Source: Bugula neritina (taxonomy: Eukaryota; Animalia; Bryozoa). From it: DNA of 64,000 nt. Below are positions 37,501 through 50,584 of this stretch, one piece after another. Location: positions 14,450,998 to 14,514,997 of the forward strand of contig OZ037767.1 of the NCBI GenBank assembly GCA_964035545.1, given 5' to 3'. Under the pieces are notes generated by a model. That model searched no databases and was not told the DNA's origin. It was given only the letters and a program-made list of their open reading frames with translations. The position numbers and the translations under genes were made by a program. Numbering within the stretch: position 1 is the first letter of the stretch; the number at the start of each line of letters is the position of its first letter.

Positions 37501-40500
37501 ATTTAAAACAAATTATTAAAAAAACAAATATTACAGTAATTATTGTATTATATTTGGTTTAAATGCATGTATAAAATAATGTCACTATAAAATTTATAAA
37601 ACAATAAAACATAAATTATATCTATATTAGTTTAAAGAAAACTTTAACTATGAAATATGTACACAATATGCAACTTGATTGATACAATACAGGAAATACT
37701 TAAAATAGTTAATATTTAATGTGAATAGAAAAATGATATTTAATATGTTAAGCATGAATGTAGTTATTATAAGTGCATGTCTTGTTGAAGCATGTTATAT
37801 AGTTGCTAAGATATACTATACAAGTTCATAGTAGAATTAACACTGCCTTTATTTTGTAAGGTTGACCATGTCAACTTTCAAAAGGGGTGATTCATGAGCA
37901 AACTTCACAATATCGGCAGCACAACATTAGTTAGAAGAAATTCTATGCAGCTATTGCTGCTGCTGTTACTGCTGTTAGCTATATTGTGTTTGCTTTTAGC
38001 TGCATGAATGTTAAACATAAACATTGATTAAAATAGATAATTATATGGCATTATTTCTCAGCTTGAGAGTGTATAATTTATAGTACACACCACCTTTTAT
38101 GTTGGTTTATAACTCTAGAGCAAAGGAGAAAGGAGAATATGATGACATGTTTACTGCTTGGAGTGCCAACTGTGGTGAGGAAGATGAAAGTGGCAATGCA
38201 GAGCTATCCAAGGAAAAGGTTAGGCAACTCCTATGTATATCTCTCTTATAATGCAATGAACCCTTGTTCTTAATCACTCGAAATTATCATCAAAATGCTA
38301 CTGAAATGATAGCAAATATTGAGATGCACCACAAAAATGTGTTACATCAACCTAATATACGTAAATGACTTACCATTTAGTTTTTAAGCTTCTAAGGTGT
38401 CAGGAAGTTTTCGCAGGTGTATAAAAAATATTTCAGAAGACAACTCCAAAATAATAAAACCTTGGAACATGGTCTTGTACATTCAAAATATTATATGTTG
38501 TATTATTGATAGCTGGGAAAGTTGTACTAATTTGTTTTAAAATTATTCTCAAAAGTAAATATTCAATTTTCCAAATAAACTTGTGTGGAAAAGAGAGGGC
38601 ATTGTTTATCATGCAACTCTGTAAAAAGAGAACAAATCTTCAGTATTGCTCACTACATTGCTAGCTTTTCACAGCCTTGTTTTATAACAAGTTTAAACAA
38701 AATTGATATTCACTTTATCTAAAAGCTGCTGTGCACTATATTATATTTAATGTGAAGCACAGCTTTTTGGTTAGATTTTTTTATGATGCAGGCTAGGAAC
38801 TTTACCTAGTACTGCAAACACCTTTGAGTTCTTTAATTAATGTAATTGCATATTGATTTCCACAGTCTATTGTAAATAAACAAAATACTGCCCAACTTGT
38901 GACTAAAGTGATTGTTTGTGTTTCAGAAAGAATGGCTGGAAGCCATGGGAGAAGAGGAAGTGGCAAAAAAAGAGTTGGATGGGGTAAGAGAAAAACTGAC
39001 AAAGAACGAAGAAAGTCTTAAAGCGTCGTCGGTCAGCATGGAAGAACTTAAAAAGAAATACAAAGAGCAGGAAGAACTGCTAGGTTAGATAACTCTAAAA
39101 AAGTTCAATCTGTCTTTGTTATTAAGAATATTTGCTGCGTTACTGTTAATAAGACATTTTCATTGAATATCCTCCAATCGTTATGTCTGACTGTTATTTT
39201 CAACTTGGTTTAATCAAATAGCTCCATCCGTCTTTACATAATTAGCCTTCCTTTGCCAGCTATCTCTGTTCATATCTATCTTTTTCATGTTCTCCAATCA
39301 TTATATTACATTAGAATTAACAGTAAAGAACTTTTTTTTCTGTTTACAAAAATTATGCCGTGTGTGTTTCAGCCGCCATCTTCAAAGGAGCGTACGGTTC
39401 TGACCTAGAAAACAGGTTGGAGGCTGAGAGTGATTTCTTGGATGACCGCAAGCACCGTGTGGGGGCTGCCAAGTACAAGTGGAGCAATGGCAGAAACCTG
39501 CTCAGTCATGCCACTGCTCAGCTTTGTCTAGCTTGTAAGAAGTGGATGTCTTTGCCCCAAATCAACCCTCAGTGAGCTCCTATAGTTGCTATATCTTTAA
39601 TGTTGGCACTTAGGCTACGATTGTAAAACTCTGAAATTTAGAACAAAAATACCCAAAACTCTTTAAAAGTACACAAATGAATTTTACAGAAGCTTACAAA
39701 TTATAAAACTTGACATTTGCAGACAATATTGGAGCATTTTTTACGACTATATTCAATTTCTGTTAAAAGCTCTTCATTATATTTTCAATCATATCCATCA
39801 TTTAGTAAAAAATTGTTCAAGCGCTTTATTATACTCGTCTTTTGGCAGTGTATTATGTTAAAAGATGCAGAAAAGCTATAACATGTTGTGTATATAAAAT
39901 TAATATTTATTGTAAAAACAGTTTTCTAGAATTTATATTAAATGATTTATTATAACCACATTTATTCAGTTTCATTTCTAGTTATTTTTGGTGTCATTTA
40001 TGTAGTTGACTAAATTGCTTTCTAATGAACAGGAGTTGTCTTATTTTTTGCAATCAGTAGGAAACAGTAATATATCTTTCATTCTTTAGAGACAAGCAGG
40101 GAAAATGGGTTGTGGCAACGGAAGCTAGAAACAACGTAGTCGCTGCCTGTCAGAATATAACATCAGCGAGGAGGTACCTTAGCACCATAGAGTTTCCGTA
40201 CTGTAAACCCCCGGAGGTTAAAGTTCTTGAGACTGCTGCCAGCCATGTTTACACAGACATGCTGAGTCAGCAAAGACATCAATACGTTTATGCAAATGTC
40301 TATCACATCATGTACAAGAGATGTAAAGCTCTCATTGATTGGTTCACACATGTAAGTGTTATATGTGCTTTGATTAGATTATACGTTCAGGTGCAAACTA
40401 CTTTATAACTATTTGGAATTTTCAATAAATTTCATTGTTTGCTTTGAAGAATATTATATTTTAGGTCTTTTATTTAGGAAAAAAGTAAATGGCAGTTGAG

Positions 40501-43386
40501 TTTAAAAGTTGTGTTAGTGCAAGGGTACACTAGTGTAAGTACATGCAGGGGTCAACTTGTGTAAGTACATGCAAGGGTACACTTGTGTAAGTACATGCAG
40601 GGGTCAACTTGTGTAAGTACATGCAGGGGTCAACTTGTGTAAGTACATGCAGGGGTCAACTTGTGTAAGTACATGCAGGGGTCAACTTGTGTAAGTACAT
40701 GCAGAGGTCAACTTGTGTAAGTACATGCAGGGGTCAACTTGTGTAAGTACATGCAGGGGTCAACTTGTGTTAGTACATGCAGGGGTTAAATTTGTACTAA
40801 TTTTAATTTTTAAATATCATGCAGTTGGTGTAGAGATATAAAGCAGTGCTGGTTATTTATGGAATATTTGTCTTTATATACAATTGTATAAAATTAAACT
40901 CAATACTAGCATTTGCTAAATACATGTACATCTGTGCCCATTTGTATAAAAAGTAATTTAACTGACTGGTTTGAAACAAATTAGTTCTCTGAAACAAAAG
41001 CTAACTCTCATACAAACCTTGCAGGTGCTGACAGAAACAATAGCTAAAGATCTGGCTGAGGCTACGACAGCGGCCAACGCGAAGGCTCAGGAACTCAGGC
41101 AGGAAAGACTCAATCTGATTAGCGTGAAGATTAAAGAGGAGTTGCAGCAAGATGTCAGCTTTGAGGCCCGATCAGAAGGTATAACGAGTTCTAGTCTTTG
41201 TCTTTTATAGAACTAATGTATAATTTTAATAAAAAGTTCAATTAGGAGTTTTCCTCTCTTTATCTTGATGAAATCTGTCTGTTGTTTTTACTTAAAGTCA
41301 CTGCAGTGTACAAGTTTATTTTTAGTTACTTAAACATTTTAAGTTGCATGCAATCGATTTGAAGAGAAACTCAATATGATATTTTTATAAATTCCATATT
41401 AGTTCCATATTAGAAGTCAACTTTATTTTCATTCTACTAAAATTTTACATTTGGCTAGAGATATAACTGCTTGTTGTATGTCACAGCAGATATGATAGCA
41501 CTTATTGTATGTCACAGCAGATATGATACTACTTATTGTATGTCACAGCAGATATGACACTACTTATTGTATGTCACAGCAGATATGACACTACTTACTG
41601 TATGTCACAGCAGATATGACACTACTTATTGTATGTTTCTGCAGATATGATAGTACTTACTGTATGTCACAGCAGATATGACACTACTTATTGTATGTCA
41701 CAGCAAATATGACACTACTTATTGTATGTCACAGCAGATATAATACTACTTATTGTATGTCACAGCAGATATGATACTACTTATTGTATGTCACAGCAGA
41801 TATGACACTACTTATTGTATGTTTCTGCAGATATGATAGTACTTATTGTATGTCACAGCAGATATGACACTACTTATTGTATGTCACAGCAAATATGACA
41901 CTACTTATTGTATGTCACAGCAGATATAATACTACTTATTGTATGTCACAACAGATATAATACTACTTATTGTATGTCACAGCAGATATGACACTACTTA
42001 TTGTATGTTTCTGCAGATTTAGCAGATGATTCGACTTCAGTGACTGAAGATGAGTCTCAGGTTTTCCAGGCAGAAGGAGGGGAAGGAGAAGATAAATCTA
42101 GTGAAGAGCCACCGGCAGCAGATGTTGATGCGGATGAGCCGTTCAACCCTGTGCCTTTGAAAGAACTGGTGCAGACGCCAAACAAAGAAGATCTATTTGG
42201 TAGGAATTATGTTAAGAAGTTGAAGTTGTCTTCCCTTAGAACATATTTGTTGCATTTCAAACATAAATCAACATTAAAAGTGACAAATCTAATTTACTAG
42301 ATTTTAGAGCTTGATTACAAATGGATTTTATTATTTTTATTACAAACATATTCAAGCCTCATTTAGAATTTTTTGTAAAACTATTAATGAATTTTAAAGC
42401 TTTTTTTACACAAAAATAACTATTGCTACATGTTAAAGGTAAACTAGCCACAACTTTTACGATAATCAGTTTTAAAGTTTGAGTTGCCTTTTGAAAATCA
42501 TAAGGGGGGGGGGGGTTTGATCAGACATTTATAGCTGAAATAGAAATTATAAAGTTACCAGTTTCAAACAGATTTTTCACAATGCAACCTTTTTAAAAAT
42601 GTCTGGTAATAATTTTTATTTTGAATAGTAACTGGGTTAAAGTTTCAGACTTATTTATAGTTGAAAGCACATGCATTATAGTTTCACTTTATCACAATAT
42701 TATTATACAATACTTTATTGCAAAAAATATACAAATTTAAAATTATATATAAAGATTCTGCATCAACAATTGAGTTTGACTTAATACTTAATTCTCAATG
42801 GTTACTACAATTTTGACACTGGCAAAAAGTTTATTGAAATTCAAGTGGTTGAATGTTTTATGATTTACGTATGTATTAAATTATTATACCATACACGTGT
42901 CAACTACCCTAAACAAAAGCAAGTGAGTTTGATAGTTACATCATGGCTGGACTGCATTGTACACTTGATCCTAGTTTAATCTTGAGATTTAAAAGCTAGT
43001 TGATGAATTTTTTTATGTTATTAAACTTTGTGATAAGTTTCAGCATAGGCACGTGTTGTTCACCGTTATTTGGTTATTAAACTGTGTAGCGTTGAGTTTA
43101 ACCAGTGGTCTCTGTGGTGTAATGGTAGTTTGCCTGCTTGTAAGCCAGTAGTCTTGGGTTCGAATCCCAGTAGAGGCAATTATTTTTCAAACTGATTTCT
43201 TTGCTTGCAGGCGATGCTCAAGAACTATACAAGAAGCACCAGGAGAATCTGGAAGAACTGGAGAAGAACAGAATGATAAACAAGGCCAGACAAGAGCAAG
43301 GTCTGGAAGAGAAGCTACGAGCTAGGAGAAGCAGACGTCAGCGACAGGAAGCTGTAGCCAATGAGCAGCAGTTACAGCAGGCTTAG
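34582..43386 (+). CDS. Uncharacterised protein: MGCxxS N-terminus, Q-rich region, coiled coils, conserved-looking helical domain, C-terminal coiled coil
   Basis: Exons 34582-34671, 35234-35401, 37225-37421, 38119-38218, 38927-39083, 39373-39571, 40090-40351, 41025-41178, 42017-42199, 43211-43386; all GT-AG, phase-consistent and stop-free when joined. Confidence 0.85.
37073..37227 (+). repeat. 28-bp tandem repeat ending in a functional 3' splice acceptor
   Basis: Six copies of TATCT[G/A][C/T]AG|AA with the AG ending at 37084, 37112, 37140, 37168, 37196 and 37224; the last is the exon acceptor. Confidence 0.85.
40517..40790 (+). repeat. 26-bp minisatellite (GTGTAAGTACATGCAGGGGTCAACTT), ~10 copies
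   Basis: Seen directly; intronic. Confidence 0.95.
41470..42018 (+). repeat. 31-bp minisatellite (~18 copies) with a 186-bp higher-order period, ending at a splice acceptor
   Basis: Unit CTTATTGTATGTCACAGCAGATATGACACTA; the variant TTTCTGCAG|AT has its AG ending at 41644, 41830 and 42016. Confidence 0.93.
43085..43188 (+). mobile_element. Family-A tRNA-like repeat
   Basis: Leader TGTAGCGTTGAGTTTAACCAGTG + TGGTGTAATGG...GGTTCGAATCCCAGTAGAGGCA + ATTATTTTT; ends about 20 nt before a splice acceptor. Confidence 0.7.
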
Positions 43387-46300
43387 GATTCAGAGTCAAA
43401 CTGCATCGGAGATTATAACTAGACATAAACCAGTTTTTAAAAAGTTTATAAAGCAAGCTCAGTATCAGTTATTTACTAAAAGTTATCGATTTTTAAAGCT
43501 AAAAACCTGTCCCAAAAATTATGATCAGGTGTGGTACAATTTTTGAAAATTTCAGTAAAGGTTGCTTAATATCTGTTGTTTACTAAAGGCTATTCATTAG
43601 TCTTTAGAACTAAAGTTCCTGTATTTCTAGTAGTTTGCATGAACACCAAAGCACTCAAGATTCGTGATAATATTATTTGGCGACTGGATCGATAACGTGT
43701 CATTTGCTAAAACTCCTATTGTCAAACTATTACTCACACCCTATCTAATAGTGGAATCATCATTATGTTTGTTATTTTTAAATCATTCGAGGAAAGGTAT
43801 GTGTATTGCAGTTATTTGACGTTGGCAGGGTGGTTGACAGCTGATAATTGTGAGCTGTTTCTAATAAGTCCTGTAAAACAAATTCAATCCTCAAATAATA
43901 CTTAGGTGTTAACAACTTTCACACAGTCTTTGGGGGGAAGGGGTTCCACACAAGCCATAATATGACGCTGTGAAAATTTGTCTAGTTTGTTTTGTATTAT
44001 AACATAAAATTTTATAATTTTAAAATATTTTGTATGCATGACTTATCTAACTTTCTATGTATTTTATAATATTGGTGCATAGCCATTTATGTAATGATTT
44101 CAATTTTAATGAGAAATATAATGACTTTGATAATCATATTAATTTCAATATATAGCATAAATATTAGTTAGAAACTGCATCAAATGTACATACATAAGAT
44201 ACTTACACTTGCTGTATTGTACTTATAATATGCAATAAATTATAATAGAAAATAATATTACAGTTATTATCTAACATGTAGGTCATTGGGAATAATTAAA
44301 TGTTGTTATTTAGCGGCTTTAAACTTTGCTCAAAAACACTCAAATAACTGACATGGCTAATTTAAAACTGGCAATTACTAAATTCTTGAAAAAATGTCTG
44401 AAATTACTCAAACTGCAAATTAGAAAGAGTCTATGCATTTTTCATTAGAGAATAATTATAAGACGGCTCCAGTTTGGCGAGTATTAGTGACTCAGCGAGA
44501 CATCTTCTTGACCTTTTAACCAGATTTTCATTAGAAACAATTTTACGTGAGAATCTGTAATATCAAGGGGCCAGCGACAAATTGTATTTTTTTACAAAAA
44601 ATGACAAAATTCAATGTCCCCAACTTAAATCAACACAAAATCAGGTCCATATAGTACAAACACATCACCAGCTAATCTAAATGTACCTGAATTTTTTGCG
44701 CATAATTTATGTTGGCCTTCAAACAAGCTTCTTACTCATACACAAACCTTGCTCTATGGTAATTTGTAAGTTCCCTTTATTGCCGTGAAATCTATTTAAC
44801 ATTTTCGACATCGTGTTTTGGTGATGGCTTTGTCCAGATTAATGTAAATTTTAAATTAAATTAATTGTGGATAAGGGGGAAATTATATAAGTGCAATTTT
44901 TGATAAACCCATGAATGCATACGCCCATATTCTGACAAAGTACTGACATTAAATTCTTTTAATGGCCATTATGGGGCATGTTTTAGTATTACATAATCTA
45001 TCACCTGAGTTTTAAGTGTAACATCAGTAGCGTTTCTTTTTCAGCCGCTGGCCATAATAATTTTCTTTTGGCATATTTTGAGAACTGTACCGCACTCAAC
45101 TCTTCTACGACTCAGTGACTTTAAATTATGGCTCATTGTACAGAACTTTCCAGAACATGCCAGAAGGCAGGGGAACGAGCGAGTTACATAACATCTGGCT
45201 TGTGGCAAAGAGTGCATTTAGATCACAGCGATAGTCACGGTGACTGAATTCTTGAGCAGAGATGCCAGCAGAGCCTCCTTGATCTTTCAGGTCCTTTACA
45301 TCAGATATTTTACTCAAAGCTTGGTTCGAAAACGCTGAGAAACGCATTCTTCTGTTAATTGCAGAAAGAATTTGATGTATGCCTGTTTGAAGTCAAAATC
45401 CAAACTGTGATACACTTCTTTGCTTAATCAATTTCTTCTCCGCCAGTTTTTATATATAGTTCGAAATTAGCCAACTAGCCCCAAATCTGTTATGTTTATG
45501 TAACTCTAATTGTTGCGATGCTAGTTCATCAATGTATAATTTCTAAACTGAATTATATATCTATTGTTAATTTGATTCACAATAAAATTATATGGAAATA
45601 ATTACTCAAACTTTAAACTGTTTGTTGGTTTCATTATAACTTTTCTTGTTATGTTTTTACTTTCAAGTTAAAGATTGCGGATGTAGGTAGCCTGTAGCCC
45701 ATGTGTAAGACTGGGGTTGCATAAGAATAATTTACGTTGAAAGATGAAGGTGTAGCCACAGGTATGATATGTTTTGAGGTGAGAAGAGAGGGTAGTGAGG
45801 TATTTCTTCATTACCTGGATAGAGTGAGAAATTATGCAATATTCTATTACAAAAATTACGCAATAGTATAGTAAAAAAGCTCTGCAACCTATGGCAATGC
45901 ATCTTGGTATGCTGTTAGTATGTACAAGGTGCAAATGGAAAGTCTATAACAATAATATTATAAACTATAACTAGAATAATTACAACTCTACTTTTTACCC
46001 CACCGCCATCACAATATACAAATTAATGTAAAATAGCGTTTGAATCAACAGTAATAAAAGCCTATGAAATATTATGGCCAATTCGAGACTAAAAAGAATT
46101 AAGTGAATATTCCAATTATTTCTGCCGTCATGTGATTGTGTGCTGTAAATTGTGAGCTGTAGATAAAACCGGTGTCAGATATGTTTCAGGCAGATTCGGA
46201 GATTTCTATTTTAATCTACAAGTTTATCTCCGAAAATAGTTTGCAAGTGTCGTTTGTAATTTTATCATATCCATAATAAAAAGCTCTGAATCTGAAAATA

Positions 46301-47085
46301 ATTTACTTAAAGTAAATAAAATTTATTCTGTTATTTATTTTATTTTTATACTTACTTTATTAACACATGATCTAAATCATTTTGCTTTCATAAAGATGTG
46401 ATAAATATAGAGTTAAATAAGATGTCACAGCTTTTAGCATGCTACAATAATACATTTTTTTTGTGAAATCATCGCATAATAATTATAAAATGCTGAATTC
46501 ATGGCATATGAGTGCTACTATCTATATTCAAAAGATAAAGGGTGCTTTGTCAATCCACCCTTCTTATATGGAGGAATAGTTTTAAGTCTAGCTTCTCAAC
46601 AATGTATAGTTGGCTGTAATTACATCTACATAAGTTATAAGCCAGCCACAGATTTTCTAGAGACATCTGGAATACTCTAGAACAATTAAATAAGCTGGTG
46701 ATACCAAAATTTAAGCCTACACATTTAACTCGTTTTATACACAATAATGTAATGCTTAAAAATCTGTTTGCAACTGCAACGTTACAACTGTCTATATATA
46801 TATAAATATATAACATCATGGACTAAGTTATGGACAGCATTAGTATTTGTGCTGAAAACAAGTGCATATAAATTTAAAAAAAGGCATGCAAATAGAGTTA
46901 CTTATGATCAACAAATTAATATTAATGTTGAAAAAACGCACAAACATTATGTGCATATCACAACGTTATGACAGCTTAAATGTAATGGCTGCATATGAAA
47001 GGATAGCGTCAACATTACAACCAACAGTATTGGCAGCTTATTGTTAGATCACCAGCATACAATGTCTGCTCTTTTAAGAAATAAA

Positions 47086-47423
47086 TAGTGCATAGTGCAT
47101 AGTGCATAGTGCATAGTGCATAGTGCATAGTGCATAGTGCATAGTGCATAGTGCATAGTGCATAGTGCATAGTGCATAGTGCATAGTGCATAGTGCATAG
47201 TGCATAGTGCATAGTGCATAGTGCATAGTGCATAGTGCATAGTGCAAAGTGCATAGTGCATAGTGCACTGTGCATAGTGCATAGTGCATAGTGCACTGTG
47301 CACTGTGCATAGTGCATAGTGCATAGTGCATAGTGCACAGTGCATAGTACATAGTGCATAGTGCATAGTGCACAGTGCATAGTGCATAGTACATAGTGCA
47401 TAGTGCATAGTGCATGGTGCATA
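47086..47423 (+). repeat. (ATAGTGC)n heptamer satellite, ~48 copies
   Basis: Seen directly; source of the MHYALCT ORFs. Confidence 0.97.
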
Positions 47424-50208
47424 GTTCAAAATTTGAATAGAATTTATAATTCTGTTATAATGACCAATGCAATCTATAGTACCCTTCATAAACACATCTT
47501 GCATCAATCAATTATATACATTTAATATAATATAAACTCTTTTTAATAGAAAAAAAAACCTTTCATAAAAGTTCTATAAATCAATATTACCTGCATTTTG
47601 TTGCATCTTGTAGCAAATACTACAGCTATAAATGTTCAATGTTACTTATATACTTAGTATTTGTATTTAATAGTACTGCTTTGTCAGACCTTGAGACTTT
47701 AGTATCACCTGACTCTTAAAGTGCATTTAATGACAATATATATCACACATACGCACACACACGCACACACACGCACACACGCACGCACGAACACGCACAC
47801 GATTGAGGATACACTAATGCTATCTTCAAGTTTATCCCTAGAGATAACTCGATACAGCATACCTGCAGTAACAAAGATATGAAATGCTATAAAATAGATT
47901 AGCATAGTTTATAGTTGAAAAAAAGTAGTTGGAAGATAAAGACGCATATATATTATATGTCCTATAAGAGTCTAGAATGATTGAGATTATCTTACGTATA
48001 AAATATTATTATCAGTTTGCCACACTATCAAATAGATGTCCGCTACTTGAAAAGGAACTACAGTTTGCACATTTGCAGATAATAGAACAAGCAGCGATAT
48101 TCCACCATTTCTAGCGCATGGCTGATAGTTGTAAATCAGAATAATACATAACAACACCTTTGCTGGCCCCTGACTTGTTTACTACGCAATAACAGCATGC
48201 AGACACTGATTTAGCAACAGCAGTGCTAATAATAACTTAGTAGGAGTAAAAAGAATTCTAAATGCGGCATATATTACATAAATGCATACAGCATCTATAA
48301 TAGTGCTTTTTTTATTGATGGCGTGGTAATGAATATTGTTATGCTTGTTTTGACATTTGGTCCTTCTCTAATCATAGCTACAGCCATCTATTTATTTGTC
48401 AAATAACCTTTTTTCTGTATCCCAGTTATGGTACAAGAAATGCTGTCAATTACCTCCCTCTAGGATGTCCGGCAGCATTTCACACATGACGTAGTCAACT
48501 ACCCGGGATATGGGGCACATGCACTAACAACAACTAAATGGCTGCAGGTTGTAGTATACACATAGTTTCTGAATAGTACGCTCATTCAAATTTACAGTGG
48601 AACGCAATAACAAGATTAAATAATCAATTATAACTGCTTTAGTGATTCTGTTAATGCTTTTTGCTGTTGTAGAATTTTGATGCATTCTTGCACTCTTTAA
48701 GATATTTTTATCATGTCAATAAAACAAGCAAAATTGTGGCTAAAATAGTTTTAATATAATTTTATGTTATTTTATACCATTTTTATATTGACATCAATGT
48801 TAAGCTATATAAGATAGAATTATTATTGCCGCCATAACATAGATTCATATGATACAATATTTTAGCTTGCAAATAAAAAGTAGAAATTTTTTGCAAGGGC
48901 ATTTCAACAACATCTGCCTGTTTTGCTTATAACTTTAGTGTGTTTCAATCACTCCATCATAGTTCTATGGTGGACACATTCAGGATTCATATTCAAACTA
49001 TTTTTATACGTACTACAAGCTATGCATTGATCATGTTTTAAATAACTTTACAAGCATATAAATGTCAAACGCCCATTGCTCTACTTATATCAAATTCATT
49101 TTAGAACCTATTTATCCCGGTCAACTCGTAAAAAGCTAAATGGTATGAAAACAATGTAATGTGACTCGTAATTATATTGAAATATAGGATAGTCCACGAA
49201 GTAAAATATCCATTACATTCCGAATGCTGATTAATGTGCAAATTGTATAAAAAATAGTTTCAGGGTGGCATGCATACAATTTGTTTCTATAAATATATAT
49301 TTAAATATTTATAACTTGAGAAGCAATAAAAATAACTCATGTAAGTAATAGTTTTTTAAACTCAAAGTAAATTTTTTATAGAGCCTCACAATTTTGATAA
49401 TAAGATTACCCAAAGCAACATTTTGTTGCATATACTCCTAGTTTCATAGTAAAAGTGTAAATACTTCACAATTTATTAGTTGTACAAGCACATAACATTC
49501 GCTTTACTATATATAGTTTATAGTAGGCTATGTTTATTTTAGTCTATGTATAATTGTAATTTTATTCTTTCATGGTGATCTAAGAATTATAAGCTTACGT
49601 CATTTTAAATCTATAGATATAAGTTTCTAAACTTTAAACAACATAAATACTACTGTTCATCAGTTATTGCATTTATCTCAATAGGAATTAGAAGAAAAAT
49701 ACTATGCAATAGGGGCTGAGCTACAAGAATTGAAATGTTATCAATTTCTCTAAAGTATGCTCCACAAACTGTTAATTGTTTACTTGTGTAACATGTAAAA
49801 TTATTCTGACATTGTTTTTTATAATGTTAAGTTGAGTCATGTTTCATGAAACATTTTATGATTGTAACTTACAAATACTATATAAACAAAAAATTGATTT
49901 TAGTTGAGGTTATTTTTTGAATAAAATATATTTGGTTTATTCAATTATAAATGTTTGACAAATTCAATAGTAAATCAACTAATACTATACTACTGTATAC
50001 ATAATAAATGTTTTAGAATGCTCGATTAAATATAAAGAAAAAATATCTATACAAAAGTAATAAAAAGTAGATAGATGTAATTTAAAAATTACTTACTCAA
50101 TATAAGCAACAAATTAATACTAAACATTTTTAAAAATTAAATATTTTAGAAAGACCTGCTATTCTTCATAATACAGAAAGCATTCTATGCACAATAGGTG
50201 GTAACAGC

Positions 50209-50273
50209 TATGAGTCATTGTTTATGAGTCATTGTTTATGAGTCATTGTTTATGAGTCATTGTTTATGAGTCA
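50209..50273 (+). repeat. 14-bp tandem repeat (TATGAGTCATTGTT) containing five TGAGTCA motifs
   Basis: TGAGTCA at 50211, 50225, 50239, 50253 and 50267. Confidence 0.9.
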
Positions 50274-50584
50274 GCTCTGTATAACTAGAAAAGTGAGTAA
50301 GTCACTCTTTTATCTATGTGACTAGCAGTCAATCACTAGTAAATTACATTTTCCAAAAGTTACTGAGTCAGTCAGACTATGTAGTTAGTCAATTAGACTA
50401 CGTAGTTGAAAAAGCCTACAATTAACAACTTTTGCTGTCTTCTTCGTTTTTACTCAATTGAAAAGAGTGCAACCTAGTGATAATTAACGATTATTTAGAA
50501 ATTTTAAAATTTTGCTCATTTAAAAGCATATTTTATAAAATACATTCTGAAAAGACTCAACAGTTAGTTTCAAAAAGATGGTTT

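Noticed and set aside
41470-42018. CRISPR-like look of regular repeats (also 3761-4288 and 40517-40790)
   Set aside because: Head-to-tail repeats without unique spacers, in a eukaryotic context with no cas genes.
44450-45450. Coding-like GC-richer segment on the minus strand
   Set aside because: Stops in all frames and no recognisable domain or terminal repeats; may be a decayed gene or transposon but cannot be supported.
47015-47507. MHYALCT-repeat ORFs
   Set aside because: Artefacts of a 7-bp satellite that has no stop codons on the minus strand.
47716-48700. Possible TTAAAG...CTTTAA MITE
   Set aside because: The terminal inverted match is too short and degenerate to call.
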